Origin: Cladosporium halotolerans
Lineage: Eukaryota
Reading direction: 5' to 3'
Length of the DNA stretch: 64,000 nucleotides
NCBI RefSeq assembly: GCF_011745625.1
Contig: NW_027191465.1
Coordinates: forward strand, 124,001-188,000
Part shown: piece after piece, positions 25,873 through 36,649 of the stretch
Numbering within the stretch: the first letter of the stretch is position 1
Layout of the letters: every line of letters begins with the position of its first letter
Translations under genes and position numbers: made by a program
Notes under the pieces: generated by a model
Database searches by the model: none
Told to the model about the DNA's origin: nothing
What the model saw: only the letters and a program-made list of their open reading frames with translations

Positions 25873-27105
25873 AGCTTTTGATCCAGGTCCAAGTTTTCAG
25901 AATACAAAGCTACTGCGAGAGTACCGTTAGCAATAGCTCTCATATTGCTGTCGTGAACTCCGATGACTTGTATTCCCTACGGGTCATTATCATCGACCTC
26001 GTGACCCACGCATCCTCCGAGTTCGGGCGCTTAGCCATGTGACTGCAGATGAATGTAACTCTACCAGACGATCAGTACCACATCAGGCACCAACCGCGCA
26101 TGACAAACGAAAGAATGGAGACCAAGATGGAAGGCATAAGATGTTTGGTCATACAGTTTGACGGCATTGGCACACAGATAACTCTGCTCGGCTCAAACAT
26201 CCTGCAACGGTAATGTTACTGGACCAACTTCGCAGAATCTCCGCATCAGAAAGGCAGCCGCCTTCCTTTTAAATGTATCCTCTCACGTTAAGATTTTCGG
26301 AGATGTTTGAAAAGTGAGGGAGAAGAGAGGGTTCTAGCTTTCAATTGTGGCTCCTCAGAAATAGGGAAGACACGCGAATCATGCAGTTGCAATGCTGGAC
26401 GTGCGCGTTTCCGAGGCTCTCTTGCCGCGAGAACTTGAATGACCGTTGTGATGCTCCAGACGAAGATGCATCAGATGTCTACTTTGCCATGCCGTAATAA
26501 TCAATCACGGCAGATATAGCAACCCTGCTTGCCCTTTTATGTGTACTACCTTCTTCTGGCATGAGTGATGCCATGTGGGCGCTTTCTACTGGCTGCAGGA
26601 GCCGGACACCTTTCCTTATCAGCAGCCATACGCATCCCTGCAACACTCGCGGCATGTATCTCTGGACCGGCTCTAACGGCATTGATACGGTTACAGCGTC
26701 CATATTCCCTATCTGATGCTTAGGTGCACCGAGTGACAAGCGGGCCAACTCTTCAAGAATGCATCGAAGTGATGTATGTTACTCTAGCCGCAGACGGAGC
26801 CGCGGTGAGTATGGCGAGAAATGGCTCAGATTCACTAGAATGATCTAATTTGCACATTCTCGGCACATATCTTTCTTCTGTGAGCCCCGCTTGGATGATC
26901 AGATCTGTTGATGCGTCGCTCTGCAGGCCTGCAGTGATAAGGCACAGCGATGGGGCAAGGGAGGACCAAGATGGAAGGTGCAGCCTTGCTATCATAGGGA
27001 GGCCGGCGACTCTCGATCGCGAGTGTTACTCTTAATGATCGAATAGTCTCATATAGTCCCACATTCCTCCATCCATCAACTGCCCCCATATTCGCGAAAG
27101 CAGCC

Positions 27106-28803
27106 ATGACAGACGACATGTCGGACCCAGCTTGGCCGCCCGGGACCATCAAGCTACAGCAACTCCTTGACAGCAACAACGCTCACAAAGATGCCCGCAT
27201 CATTCTCCAGCCACGGCCTTCGACCGATCCCAATGACCCACTGAACTGGACAAAGCCGCAAAAACTCGTCAACTATTCACTCGCTTGCTTCTACGCGATG
27301 ATGGTCTTCGCTTTTATCAACGCCACTTCGCCGACATGGGGCCCTCTAGGCGATGAGCTTGGCTTTAGCAGCGAGACACTGACAAATACATATGCCATTG
27401 GATGTGCGACGCTCTCCGTTGGCGCCCCCATGCTCATCCCATTCGCGTTGAAGTATGGCTCGCGATCCGTTTACGTATTCAGCAGCGTCGCACAATTCGC
27501 CATCTCTATATGGGCAGCAAGAACCATGACTGCTGGCGACTGGTGGGGTGTCAACGCTCTTCAATGCTGGATTGGTGCTCTGGCTGAAGTGCTTATCCAG
27601 ATGACTGTCGCGGACGTCTTCTTCGTCCATCAGCGCGGTCTGATGAACACGATTTACGTCTGGGTCAACAACGTCGGCAGCAACCTCGCGGTTGTAGCTT
27701 CAGGCTTCATTACCCAGAACCAAGGCTGGAGGTGGGTGTGGTGGTGGTGTGCCATCTTCTTCGGTGTGCAATTCATCATGTTTTTCTTCGGCTTCGAAGA
27801 GACAAAATGGGGATACCAGAGCACACCCGGCCTCGGATCGCCGCACATCACCTCAAAGTCGGAGGCTTTCGATAAGGAAGACAGCGCACATGATACGGAG
27901 TCCGGTTCAGGAGCCAAAGAAGCTGCAGCCCGCAATCTCAGTATCGTGCAAATAGACTCCAGCATCCCGAGAAAGACCTACTGGCAGAAGCTGTCCCTCC
28001 TCACAACGACCGCCGGTCCATGGCCTCACTTCCTCCGCCACTCGTACCAACCCTTCATGATCTTGGTGTCAATCCCCGGCGTCTTCTTCAGCTCCATGAC
28101 ATACGCCGTGCTATTCGCCTTCAGCACAGTCATGACAACTTCCGTCAGCACCTACATGCTCGAGACGCCTTACGACTTCAACGCCTCCCAGATCGGCCTC
28201 ATGAGTCTGGCGCCCTTCATTGGCAGCACGCTAGGCTCGCTCATCATCGGACCGCTGAGCGACTTCGTTGCTCTTCGTTTGTCGAGACGAAACAACGGTA
28301 TCTACGAGCCCGAAATGCGATACTGGTGCTTCCTGCCTTTCATTCCTTTCCAGTGCGGCGGAGCGTGGTACTTTGCTTACGCACTGGCGGACAAGATGGA
28401 GTGGCCGCACGTCGCCGTCGCTTGGGGTATCTGCAACTTCGGCTCTGCGCCGCTCCAGAGTCTCGCGCTGACTTATGTGCTGGACGCGTACAATGGTAAA
28501 ATCCTATTTCGAACAACATTGTTTGGATCATGTGCTGACTTCATGGCAGAAATCGTCGGCGACTCTCTGACCTCGGTAACGATCGTGAGGAACATCTTTG
28601 GCACCATCTTCGTTTTCGCAATGCCTGCAGGAGTTGATGCGATTGGTCTCGCTAACTTCTTCAATGCCATGTGTGCCATTGGGCTGTTCATCCTGTCGTG
28701 GGCGGCAGTGTTTCTGTGGAAGGGCAAGCATTTCAGGCATCGTACGGCGAAGGTCTATCGCTACTACGCTGCGCGGCAATTCGAGGCAAGGCCTCTGCAT
28801 TAG
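27106..28803 (+). CDS. MFS transporter, HOL1/DHA1-related (~547 aa)
   Basis: ILQPRPSTDPNDPLNW, ALKYGSRSVY, DVFFVHQRG, GWRWVWW, RRNNGIYEPEMR. A probable 54-nt in-frame intron lies at 28496-28549 (GTAAAA...GCTGAC...CAG). Confidence 0.92.
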   Translation: MTDDMSDPAWPPGTIKLQQLLDSNNAHKDARIILQPRPSTDPNDPLNWTKPQKLVNYSLACFYAMMVFAFINATSPTWGPLGDELGFSSETLTNTYAIGCATLSVGAPMLIPFALKYGSRSVYVFSSVAQFAISIWAARTMTAGDWWGVNALQCWIGALAEVLIQMTVADVFFVHQRGLMNTIYVWVNNVGSNLAVVASGFITQNQGWRWVWWWCAIFFGVQFIMFFFGFEETKWGYQSTPGLGSPHITSKSEAFDKEDSAHDTESGSGAKEAAARNLSIVQIDSSIPRKTYWQKLSLLTTTAGPWPHFLRHSYQPFMILVSIPGVFFSSMTYAVLFAFSTVMTTSVSTYMLETPYDFNASQIGLMSLAPFIGSTLGSLIIGPLSDFVALRLSRRNNGIYEPEMRYWCFLPFIPFQCGGAWYFAYALADKMEWPHVAVAWGICNFGSAPLQSLALTYVLDAYNGKILFRTTLFGSCADFMAEIVGDSLTSVTIVRNIFGTIFVFAMPAGVDAIGLANFFNAMCAIGLFILSWAAVFLWKGKHFRHRTAKVYRYYAARQFEARPLH

Positions 28804-28954
28804 CTATTCGATGGCTTCTCAGCCGACATCAATTACAGTAGCAAGTTGTAAGCGATCTGCGTCCGAGGCGTCCCTTCAGTATCGGCCATGATGACAAACT
28901 CACGCTTGCGAAATCACGCAGCGTCAGCAATCTTCTGGTCTTCACCGCGACGGT

Positions 28955-30643
28955 TTACGATCTCTCAATAGACGGCTGCGTGGAATAAATGCCAGCAACA
29001 TGGTTGATGTCATCCCAATCGGCTTCCCAAATGCTCAGGATTTCCAGCCTCCACTTTCGGCCATCGCGTTTCATTCTAGCGATCATCCTGCATTTCATGC
29101 CAGCAGATTCCGCATTGAGGAAGGGGCTACTGTCCTGGTCCCATAGAGGGCTCTGGTTCCATAACTCGTACGTACCATTTAGGAACGGAGGCTTGTCGTG
29201 ATATAAGTCATTGAAGATGAAGTGTTGCTTCCGACTAGGCTTGGTGTCCCGCCAGGAGCTTGTCACGCGAGCGTAGATTTCCAAAACCGCTTTGTGGTTA
29301 CCACGCACCGCCTGGCAGCCAGTATTGAGTGCCTCACCAAGGCGAAAGCAGGTCCGAAGGGTGCTGGCATTCGTGGCACCGAAGAGAGAGGTGCGGTCGA
29401 GGATAGGCGTGGGAAATGATGTTCTTACGATGGGTCGTGGGCCCTGCTTCGCGGGCTTGATGGAATCTCCAAAAGGTCAGCAGATAGCCTAAAGGTCACT
29501 TTGCTGGGCGATATACCGAGTAGTCTCCTTTCTTCTACCGTGAAGAGAGCACCATCATAGTCTTCATTCTCGTCAACATCACGAATGTTGAGTCTCCTTT
29601 CCCGCGGAGAAGGAGATTTTCTGAGCATCTCGAGTTTGTTGACACGCTTGACCAGCTCAACAGAATCATCATCGCTCTCGTCTATGGGACAGCCAAAATC
29701 CTCTGAGTTCGTTCGAAGCAGCAAGCTTCTTTCAGGCTGTAGGACAGAATTGGCATGCTCAATTGTGTATTTGTCGCAGCTGCTTGGGTTTGCAGCTGGT
29801 GTCATTGCGCCACAATCCTCGGCTTTGAGATTCCGTCCTGAATAGGTCGAAGGCGGCGGGGCCATGGGGACCCCATCAGTCACATTGCTGCTACTTGCTA
29901 ACAAGTGGCTATCTGAACTTGAGTAAAGAACTGAGCTTCCGAATGCTGAGCTTTGGACAGCCTGCATCGTGGTCTGGGGTTGCAGTCGCTGCAACTGTGT
30001 AATCGTTGGTAAGTACAGCGCGCAACATCGGGAAATTGATTGGCGAGGGTTTGCAGAAAACACAGCTCAGAAGCGAAACGAAAATCTGGAAGTGTTAATC
30101 GGTTGACCCTGGACTTACAGTGTTCATTGAGGTTTGCGGTGCATGTAGCGATATGGGTCCGGGACCTCCCATGAGCTTGTCGGAATCGCCAGACGAACGC
30201 ATATAGTTGTCGCGGAAACTGTCTAGCTTTGCTTTTGAGGATAGCGACATGCCAGCTGCGTCTTTTGAAGACGAAGCAGTGCTCTTGAAGCTACTTCGTT
30301 CCTCTGAATCTACCTTCTGGGTGGTTTGGGCCCCGAATTTTGCAATGTGCATGTTCATGTCAACATCACCTCTCTTGGTACGTTTCGTAGCGGGTTGATC
30401 ACTGACGCGACCATATATTTTCTTGCCTTGGCTACTGATACGTTTGTTGGCACTGTCGCCAGGGACGATGTCGTTCACAGCTTGAGTTGATTCGCCCACT
30501 CGAGTATGATGCTTACGAGACGAATGGCGCTGTCCCGACGCCTTCGTACGGGTTCCATCTCCCTCGGTGGTGACTGGCAAGGCCTCAAGCGTCGTCCTTT
30601 GAGCCTCTTTCATGCAAGCATTAATGGCCGTGAAGCCCGGCAT
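28955..30643 (-). CDS. Hypothetical protein with disordered N-terminus and structured C-terminal domain (~504 aa, 3 exons)
   Basis: Three ORFs join in frame through introns 30118-29995 and 29516-29467. The C-terminal block PIVRTSFP...LRTCFRLGEAL...LEIYARV...DLYHDKPPFL...LEILSIWEADWDDI reads as a conserved globular fungal domain. The first acceptor is less certain. Confidence 0.72.
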
Positions 30644-31565
30644 GGTGAAATTGACGCTCCGGGACGCGGGCCGTGAGGGTTGAACAATAGCTACGTTGTG
30701 ATAGCTTCAGGGCTTACTACTAGCAGGCACCGTCGATTGTGGGCCGAACGAAGCTGTCGAATTTCGATATCCTTGAAATGGTCCTCTGATGATAAGTTCT
30801 ACTCACTGCCCAGGAGGCAAGTGAGGTTGATGCTATGCTTGGCACATGCATGGGCAGGAGCAGCAAGCCAGCATTGAAGCCAAGAGCGGCCTGCAATGCC
30901 CACGAAGACTACCACCCACCCAGTGCTGCAGTACTGGAGTTCCTGCTCAGTGGAACAAGTCATTGTTGCCAGTCGGGACACGTGCCAGGCACAAGATGCA
31001 ACGTGTGCAACGTGCTTCTTATCGCGAACAATCTCCGTGCCTGAGGGGCTGCCAAGGCGCGGTCGGCGACCACCCCAGCCAGCAGTGCCGGAGCCCCTCC
31101 ACTCAACCCCACCGCGTCATCGCCCACGCGACCACGACCAAGCAAACACCGCCCTCAGCCTCTGGCTCAAAGCCTGCCCTTGGTCACCAGCCGTCCGCGA
31201 GGATCTTCTGCCCGACCCTTTCTTTGTATGAATGCTAAGCTATAAGCCGAAGCACCCTCGCATCCAAGTGGATCAGCAAACGACACATCAGGCGCGGCCC
31301 GTCCCTGGTGGAATATCTCCTGCAGGCAATCGCCTAACCTCTGGACATCCTTTACGGCAACCATAGGCGAGAACTGCGTCTCTCGACAGATACTGTGGCA
31401 CAGATTCGACGATCGAGCCCAAGGATTTTTGCAAACGAACGGTCCGTGTCCCTATGCCCTGGTGGATGTAGCAGTACTGACGGCTACTAGCAGATCTGGC
31501 GTGCAGCATAATCGACTATCTACTTTTGGCATTCTCGCCTACGAGAGTATAGATTGGGCATCGCC

Positions 31566-32942
31566 ATGTTCAGCAGTTCGGTAAGTGAATTCAAGTGGCT
31601 CATCCGAATCAGCCCGCCCAAGCGAAGCATCGCAGAGATCAATTCGTTGCTTACAAGTGGAACAGAGGAAACCATACTCGGCCATCACGGTCCAGATAGA
31701 CCGCCTGACCAGCGAGCAATACGAAGAGGATGACTTCAGTGGCATCATAGACTTAATCGAAGTCATCCGCATTCAAGCTTCGGGGCCGAGCGAGACAGCA
31801 AGAGCAATCCGCAAGAAGCTGTATGTTAAGGAACGATTGAGTTTTGCTAGCCTTCCTCTTACTGATGATATTGTAGCAAATATGGCAATCCTCATCGTCA
31901 GATACGCGCACTTGTGATTCTAGATGGCCTGATCCAAAATGCTGGCTCTCGCTTCCAACGCGCCTTCGCCGACGAACCGCTGCTTGAACGACTACGCATT
32001 TTGGCACGTGATGACGTCGCGGATGTTCAAGTGCGCCAGAAATGCAAGGTCCTTTTTGTCCAATGGGCCAATGCGTACAAGAACACACCTGGGCTTGAGC
32101 GCGTTGCCGCCTTGTACAAAGAATTGCCCAAATCTTCACGCCCAGTGGCTGCTAGACAGAAGGTCTTACAGGACGATGCTCACGATTCTGATCCTGAGCA
32201 CTCCCCGTCTCCCGCAGACGGTCGATCTCGCGCATCGTCTAGCGTGGCTGCGGCGGGCCCAGCTCATCGCCCTGTTACTCTGACGCCTTCTTCGTCCACC
32301 TTCTCCTCTAAACTTTCGAAGAGCAAGAACAAGTCAAGCAAAGGGCCATTCAACCTTGCCAAGGAGAAGGAAAATATGACCAGTGCCATCGCGAATGCTT
32401 CAATGGCGTCAATCAATCTTCTCAACGGTCTTCAGCTCGTCAACCGCGAGAACGAACGCGTCTCGGACAACCAAGAGGTCGTCCGCCGCTTCCAGGCCTG
32501 CAAGAAGCTGCGCAAGGAGATCTTGCGCTACATTCAGCATGTCGAGTCCGACGACTGGATCGGCAGCTTGGTCAATGCCAACGATGAACTCGTGAAAGCT
32601 CTCACTGCCTACGAAATCATGGATCGCAGCGTGGATGACGACAGCGACAGCGACGCATGGGAACATGCACCGCCCGAGGCAATGCGGCCGCAGGCAAATG
32701 CTGCACCTGGCGCGAGCTCTGACGCCGCTGACGACCTTCGAGGATTGTCGATGCAGGAAGCGCCTCCCGCTAAACCGCCTCGCCCCGGTGGTCTTGCCAT
32801 GCCGCCGGCACCCGCTTTTCCGAACAAGCAAGCTGCAGAATCTGCGAGTGAAGAGGAGGATGACGATGATCCGTTTGGAGACAGTAATGCGGCTCCCACT
32901 CCTGGCCAAGAGCGAGCGGGTATGACGTGGAGAGAAGTATGA
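31566..32942 (+). CDS. LSB5: VHS-GAT domain endocytic adaptor, Lsb5-like (~411 aa, 3 exons)
   Basis: MFSSS|RKPYSAITVQIDRLTSEQ; ARAIRKKL|KYGNPHRQIRALVILDGL (VHS); LRKEILRYIQHVESDDWIGSLVNANDEL (GAT); C-terminal DPFGD. Introns 31581-31665 and 31821-31876. Confidence 0.9.
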
Positions 32943-33049
32943 CGGATGTCGCAGGCGTTCCGTTGCCTTGTTTCGGTATTTGCTCCTTTTCAGGGGAATA
33001 GAACAAATTGCTTCAGACTGGTGCCGATATGGCAAATGCTCCGAATGAA

Positions 33050-34732
33050 TCACCAGTACGCTGGTATGTCTCCCAAATCGTCACCTTTTTGTCCCTTCGT
33101 TGTGGGAAGTCGTCGCCTGTGAATCTTATTCGGTCGGCCAGCCAAACATCTTTTCTCTGCACGTGAATCAGGCAACGCAGCAACGGGCATCGACCCATCC
33201 CACTCTTCATTCAATTCAAATTGAAGCGCTGGATCCAGCCATAAGGAATCGCCACGATCGCCTAGCGACTCCACCGGTCCGAGAACCTTGACTTCGATTA
33301 TCTCCACACCGTCAAGCTGTAGCTCTCGGCCGACAAAGTCTCCGAATGACAGAATATGCGAAGGCCCCGGGTTTTCTCCTTGCGTGGCAAGATACAAGTT
33401 GATAAGATGTAGCGTTCGGAGCGTCGAGGCGTGCTTGGTGAGGAATTCCTTGAGTGTCTCCAACTCGATGCACCAGCCTTCGAGCTCGAGAGACTCCAGA
33501 TGAGGAAAGTGGCGCTTGGCGACCAACTCGTTGAATGGCCGCACAGTTTCCTCGATCATAATCTCTTGCAATTCTGTGCCCTCAATGGGGCCCTTGGCCG
33601 CGAGCGCCAGCTTCGCGATACTTTCTGGGAGCCCGTCCAGCAATCTCGCCGCTTTCTCGAGAGGAAACCTAGCTCCTTCGAATAGAAGCGGCAGACGGAA
33701 GGATCGCAAGTTCTTGAACACGTCTTTGCAGTCATCTGCTGCCGGGAAACCATCCGAAATGTCTTCCAGCGAAAGGTAGTGCGGTTCCTTGTAAGTGACC
33801 AGCGTTTCCTGGGGGAGAGCGAGGATCTGGTAGTGATGGGGGCCAAAGGCGACAGATTGGAGCTCTCCTTTGAGCGCGACTGCTCCCAATGCTAGCATCG
33901 CGTCCATCGTGCATAGTCCGTTATCCAGTTGCCAGTGCCATCTCTCGGGCTCGAGGACGTCACCGAACAGCCGCGTACACAGATCTCTATAGGTCTCGCC
34001 GCGGCGCGCAAGGCCGCGATAGTCCGTAAAAGTGATCTTTCGCAATCTAGGGAATTTGTGCGCAACGTCATGAAGAACCTTCAGGTGTTCATATTGGGCT
34101 GTGAAGATCTCGTGAAATCGGGCGTATCGTTTATACTGCGGGAAACTTTTGTGGCATAGTATGCTACTTGGTTCTGAGTCCTCACCGTCAGGCGTATACA
34201 AGGTGTAAGCGAGTGGCAGAACGGCAGGATCTGTATCCGCTTTCGGCGATGGCGTGAAGTCATCTAAATTCTCCAGGGCCGATATAGTTTCTTCGGATAT
34301 TGTATGAATCCGTAGGAGCTCTGAGAGTCGACCGCTCTTTGGTTGTGATGGTGCAACATTGGCGTCGTTGTCCAGATCGCGAATACCCAGGTCCTCTGCT
34401 TCTTCGCAGGCCGAGAAGTACTCCATGTGCTCGGTAATGTCGTTCATGTCGATTTCGTTGAACTTCCAATGGCTCAGATCGTAGACCATATGCGTCACAT
34501 ATCGACTGAAGAAAGGATCGCAGGCTACTTCCTGAATTTTGATGAGCTCGAGTGGTCTCTTCGCGAATATTACTTTCGTGATGAGATATGGCGAGCTACC
34601 ATTTCGGAACGTGCTGTTCACGAGTCGACAGGAAGCGATATCTCGATGATCGTCGGCGAGGTAGTCGAAAATTCTGTCCAAAAGCTCCGTTGGCAGTGAG
34701 AAAAGGGGGCTTTCGATCGTTGCGGGTGCCAT
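33050..34732 (-). CDS. F-box domain protein with LRR-like C-terminal region (560 aa, single exon)
   Basis: N-terminal LFSLPTELLDRIFDYL....DIASCRLVNSTF is an F-box; C-terminal FPHLESLELEGW and HASTLRTLHL are LRR-like segments. Confidence 0.85.
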   Translation of the reverse strand: MAPATIESPLFSLPTELLDRIFDYLADDHRDIASCRLVNSTFRNGSSPYLITKVIFAKRPLELIKIQEVACDPFFSRYVTHMVYDLSHWKFNEIDMNDITEHMEYFSACEEAEDLGIRDLDNDANVAPSQPKSGRLSELLRIHTISEETISALENLDDFTPSPKADTDPAVLPLAYTLYTPDGEDSEPSSILCHKSFPQYKRYARFHEIFTAQYEHLKVLHDVAHKFPRLRKITFTDYRGLARRGETYRDLCTRLFGDVLEPERWHWQLDNGLCTMDAMLALGAVALKGELQSVAFGPHHYQILALPQETLVTYKEPHYLSLEDISDGFPAADDCKDVFKNLRSFRLPLLFEGARFPLEKAARLLDGLPESIAKLALAAKGPIEGTELQEIMIEETVRPFNELVAKRHFPHLESLELEGWCIELETLKEFLTKHASTLRTLHLINLYLATQGENPGPSHILSFGDFVGRELQLDGVEIIEVKVLGPVESLGDRGDSLWLDPALQFELNEEWDGSMPVAALPDSRAEKRCLAGRPNKIHRRRLPTTKGQKGDDLGDIPAYW

Positions 34733-35283
34733 TTCAACTCAACGACTCTGGCCTGAGAAAACGAAAGAGAAGGGAGATGTGTAGGAATTTCTTGATGGCA
34801 AAGTCTGATCTGCAGATGTCTCCCGAACTTGACCTTCCAGCCCCTTCAATAGAGCATGGCACTGCTCCGATTTTCGCTTTCGTACCTGTCGACCACGCGT
34901 GGCCGAAGTCAAGCGATGGTCACCACCGCTGGGTTTGAGTGAGCGTTTGCAGTGACTTTCGAAATGCACAGCATTGAAGATCGAGGACATAGGGAAACGT
35001 GCATGAATCTTGTTGGCTAGCGCGCGCTTGTTTGCGGGGATCTTGAAACGGCTGGCGCCAGTGGCGGCGCAGCAGTGAACATGACGACGACCTCGTGCTC
35101 TACAGCACAGAAACTCCCTTACTTTCCTCTTGTACAACACCATACACCGAACCTGTGCAGAACAACAACCTACACAGTCGAAGTACGCTTGCTCCCCTAT
35201 CAGCTTGGGCGTTCGCTGACACCACCAGAGGGAACCTACACATCGACCGCGCCAAAACCAAATCTTTAGCGATCATTATCACA

Positions 35284-35415
35284 ATGCCACCGTCGACAAC
35301 TTCCTCCTCCTCTTCTACTTCCACGAAAGGCCCTAAGGTCCCCATCAAGCAAGGATGCTGGTGTGGTGATGACTGCAGCTGCTGCATCATCCCGATTCCT
35401 TGCACGGTTATGTGA
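35284..35415 (+). CDS. 43-aa Ser/Thr- and Cys-rich micropeptide ending in a CAAX box (candidate prenylated peptide or a-factor-like pheromone precursor)
   Basis: ATCACAATG start context; translation MPPSTTSSSSSTSTKGPKVPIKQGCWCGDDCSCCIIPIPCTVM*. Preceded by a C/A-rich leader typical of 5' UTRs here, and occupies its own intergenic space. Confidence 0.65.
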   Translation: MPPSTTSSSSSTSTKGPKVPIKQGCWCGDDCSCCIIPIPCTVM

Positions 35416-36649
35416 AAGATTGCAACATCCACACCGAACCACGCCGCGCACGAACTTGAACGCGCCGGCTTCAAAACCACGGCAAGCTATCTGGATATGT
35501 GCGGATAAGTTCAGAAGAGCTAGAAGGAAAGGATGAGAGTTCGTTGATTGCTATGGCGTTCTGGCTACGGTGTTTTTGAATGAATACTTTACGATACTCC
35601 CTACACCGCGCGAATGAGGCGGTCGCGCTCGCTGGGAATCAGCCCCCACACATCTTATTAGGATACCGCAACAGCCAATGGAAGGTTGTTTAAAAGCATC
35701 CTGTGCCGACCTCGTGGTCTTCTCAGCCGTCCCTCCGCCGAAGTTCGGCCTTCTGGCGTGTGCAGCTGGGCTGGTCGCTTTTGCCCCTTGCTATACTACT
35801 ATGACATGATATTCTCACGTTCGCACAAGGCCGTGATTCATAATCTAATAAAGACCTTGGTTTGCAAGTGGTAGGTTGAGGTAATGACTTTGTGGCCGTA
35901 CTTGTCGCAGGAGACGCCCCATCATGATTCTCAATGGATAGGGCAGAAAAGTGAAATCGCAGGGTACTTCGGTAGAAGGGAATCATCATCTTGTAGTAGT
36001 ACTTGATGAGCACGTCAAGCGCTTGCATGGATCTACCTCACTTTGAGTCGGTGTTCACACTAATGAAGCAATAATCGAACAAAGTTTGATGTTGACAACT
36101 GCGTGCAATTACTACGGCGGACGAGACTGCGAACGGCAGGCGGCCGCCCAACTCAAAGGCTTGAAGACAATGATAGGTAAATACTGGCCGCCTGTACAAA
36201 TCGATAGGGTTCTCTCATTCCATATCGAGGGACGTGTTTTAGGTAGTAAATTTAGATGCTTGCTTTATCGAGGCATCTAACAATACGGAAGCCTCGGCAC
36301 CACGGCACTTGCTTACACCAACCCTAACCCTCCTGCCGGGATCTAGCGTGTGGGGTAGTTCCGCACGTCACAGCAATCGACCACATACGGCGGTAGGCGA
36401 GCACCTTACTAATAATAAGGCACAATGATTGCACATTTCAATCACACCTCTACTGTCATGACCTGAACAGCGCAAGCGCTATCTACTGTACAGCAACTCG
36501 AAGCATGCAGGCATGCACTTCCCACGACCCAATCTCGAACCACCGAAGCTCCTCCTGCCGATTCCCGCACCTCGACGCTTTCAAGGCTCTCTGAGAAGAC
36601 GCGCGCTTTGGCCGAAGTCAGCACCTGCCACGAAGACATTGTTTGTACG

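Noticed and set aside
27035..27046. Tiny uORF (MIE*) before the HOL1-like transporter, by analogy to the yeast HOL1 polyamine-sensing uORF
   Set aside because: It lacks the PS* ending of the yeast peptide and may lie upstream of the TSS.
30835..31238. Overlapping Cys-containing short ORFs between two divergent genes
   Set aside because: No signal peptide, motif or consistent frame; probably promoter sequence.
36320..36330. AACCCTAACCC as a telomerase RNA template or telomeric repeat
   Set aside because: Under two repeat units and only ~320 bp before a coding start, leaving no room for a kb-scale fungal TER. More likely a promoter telo-box or chance.
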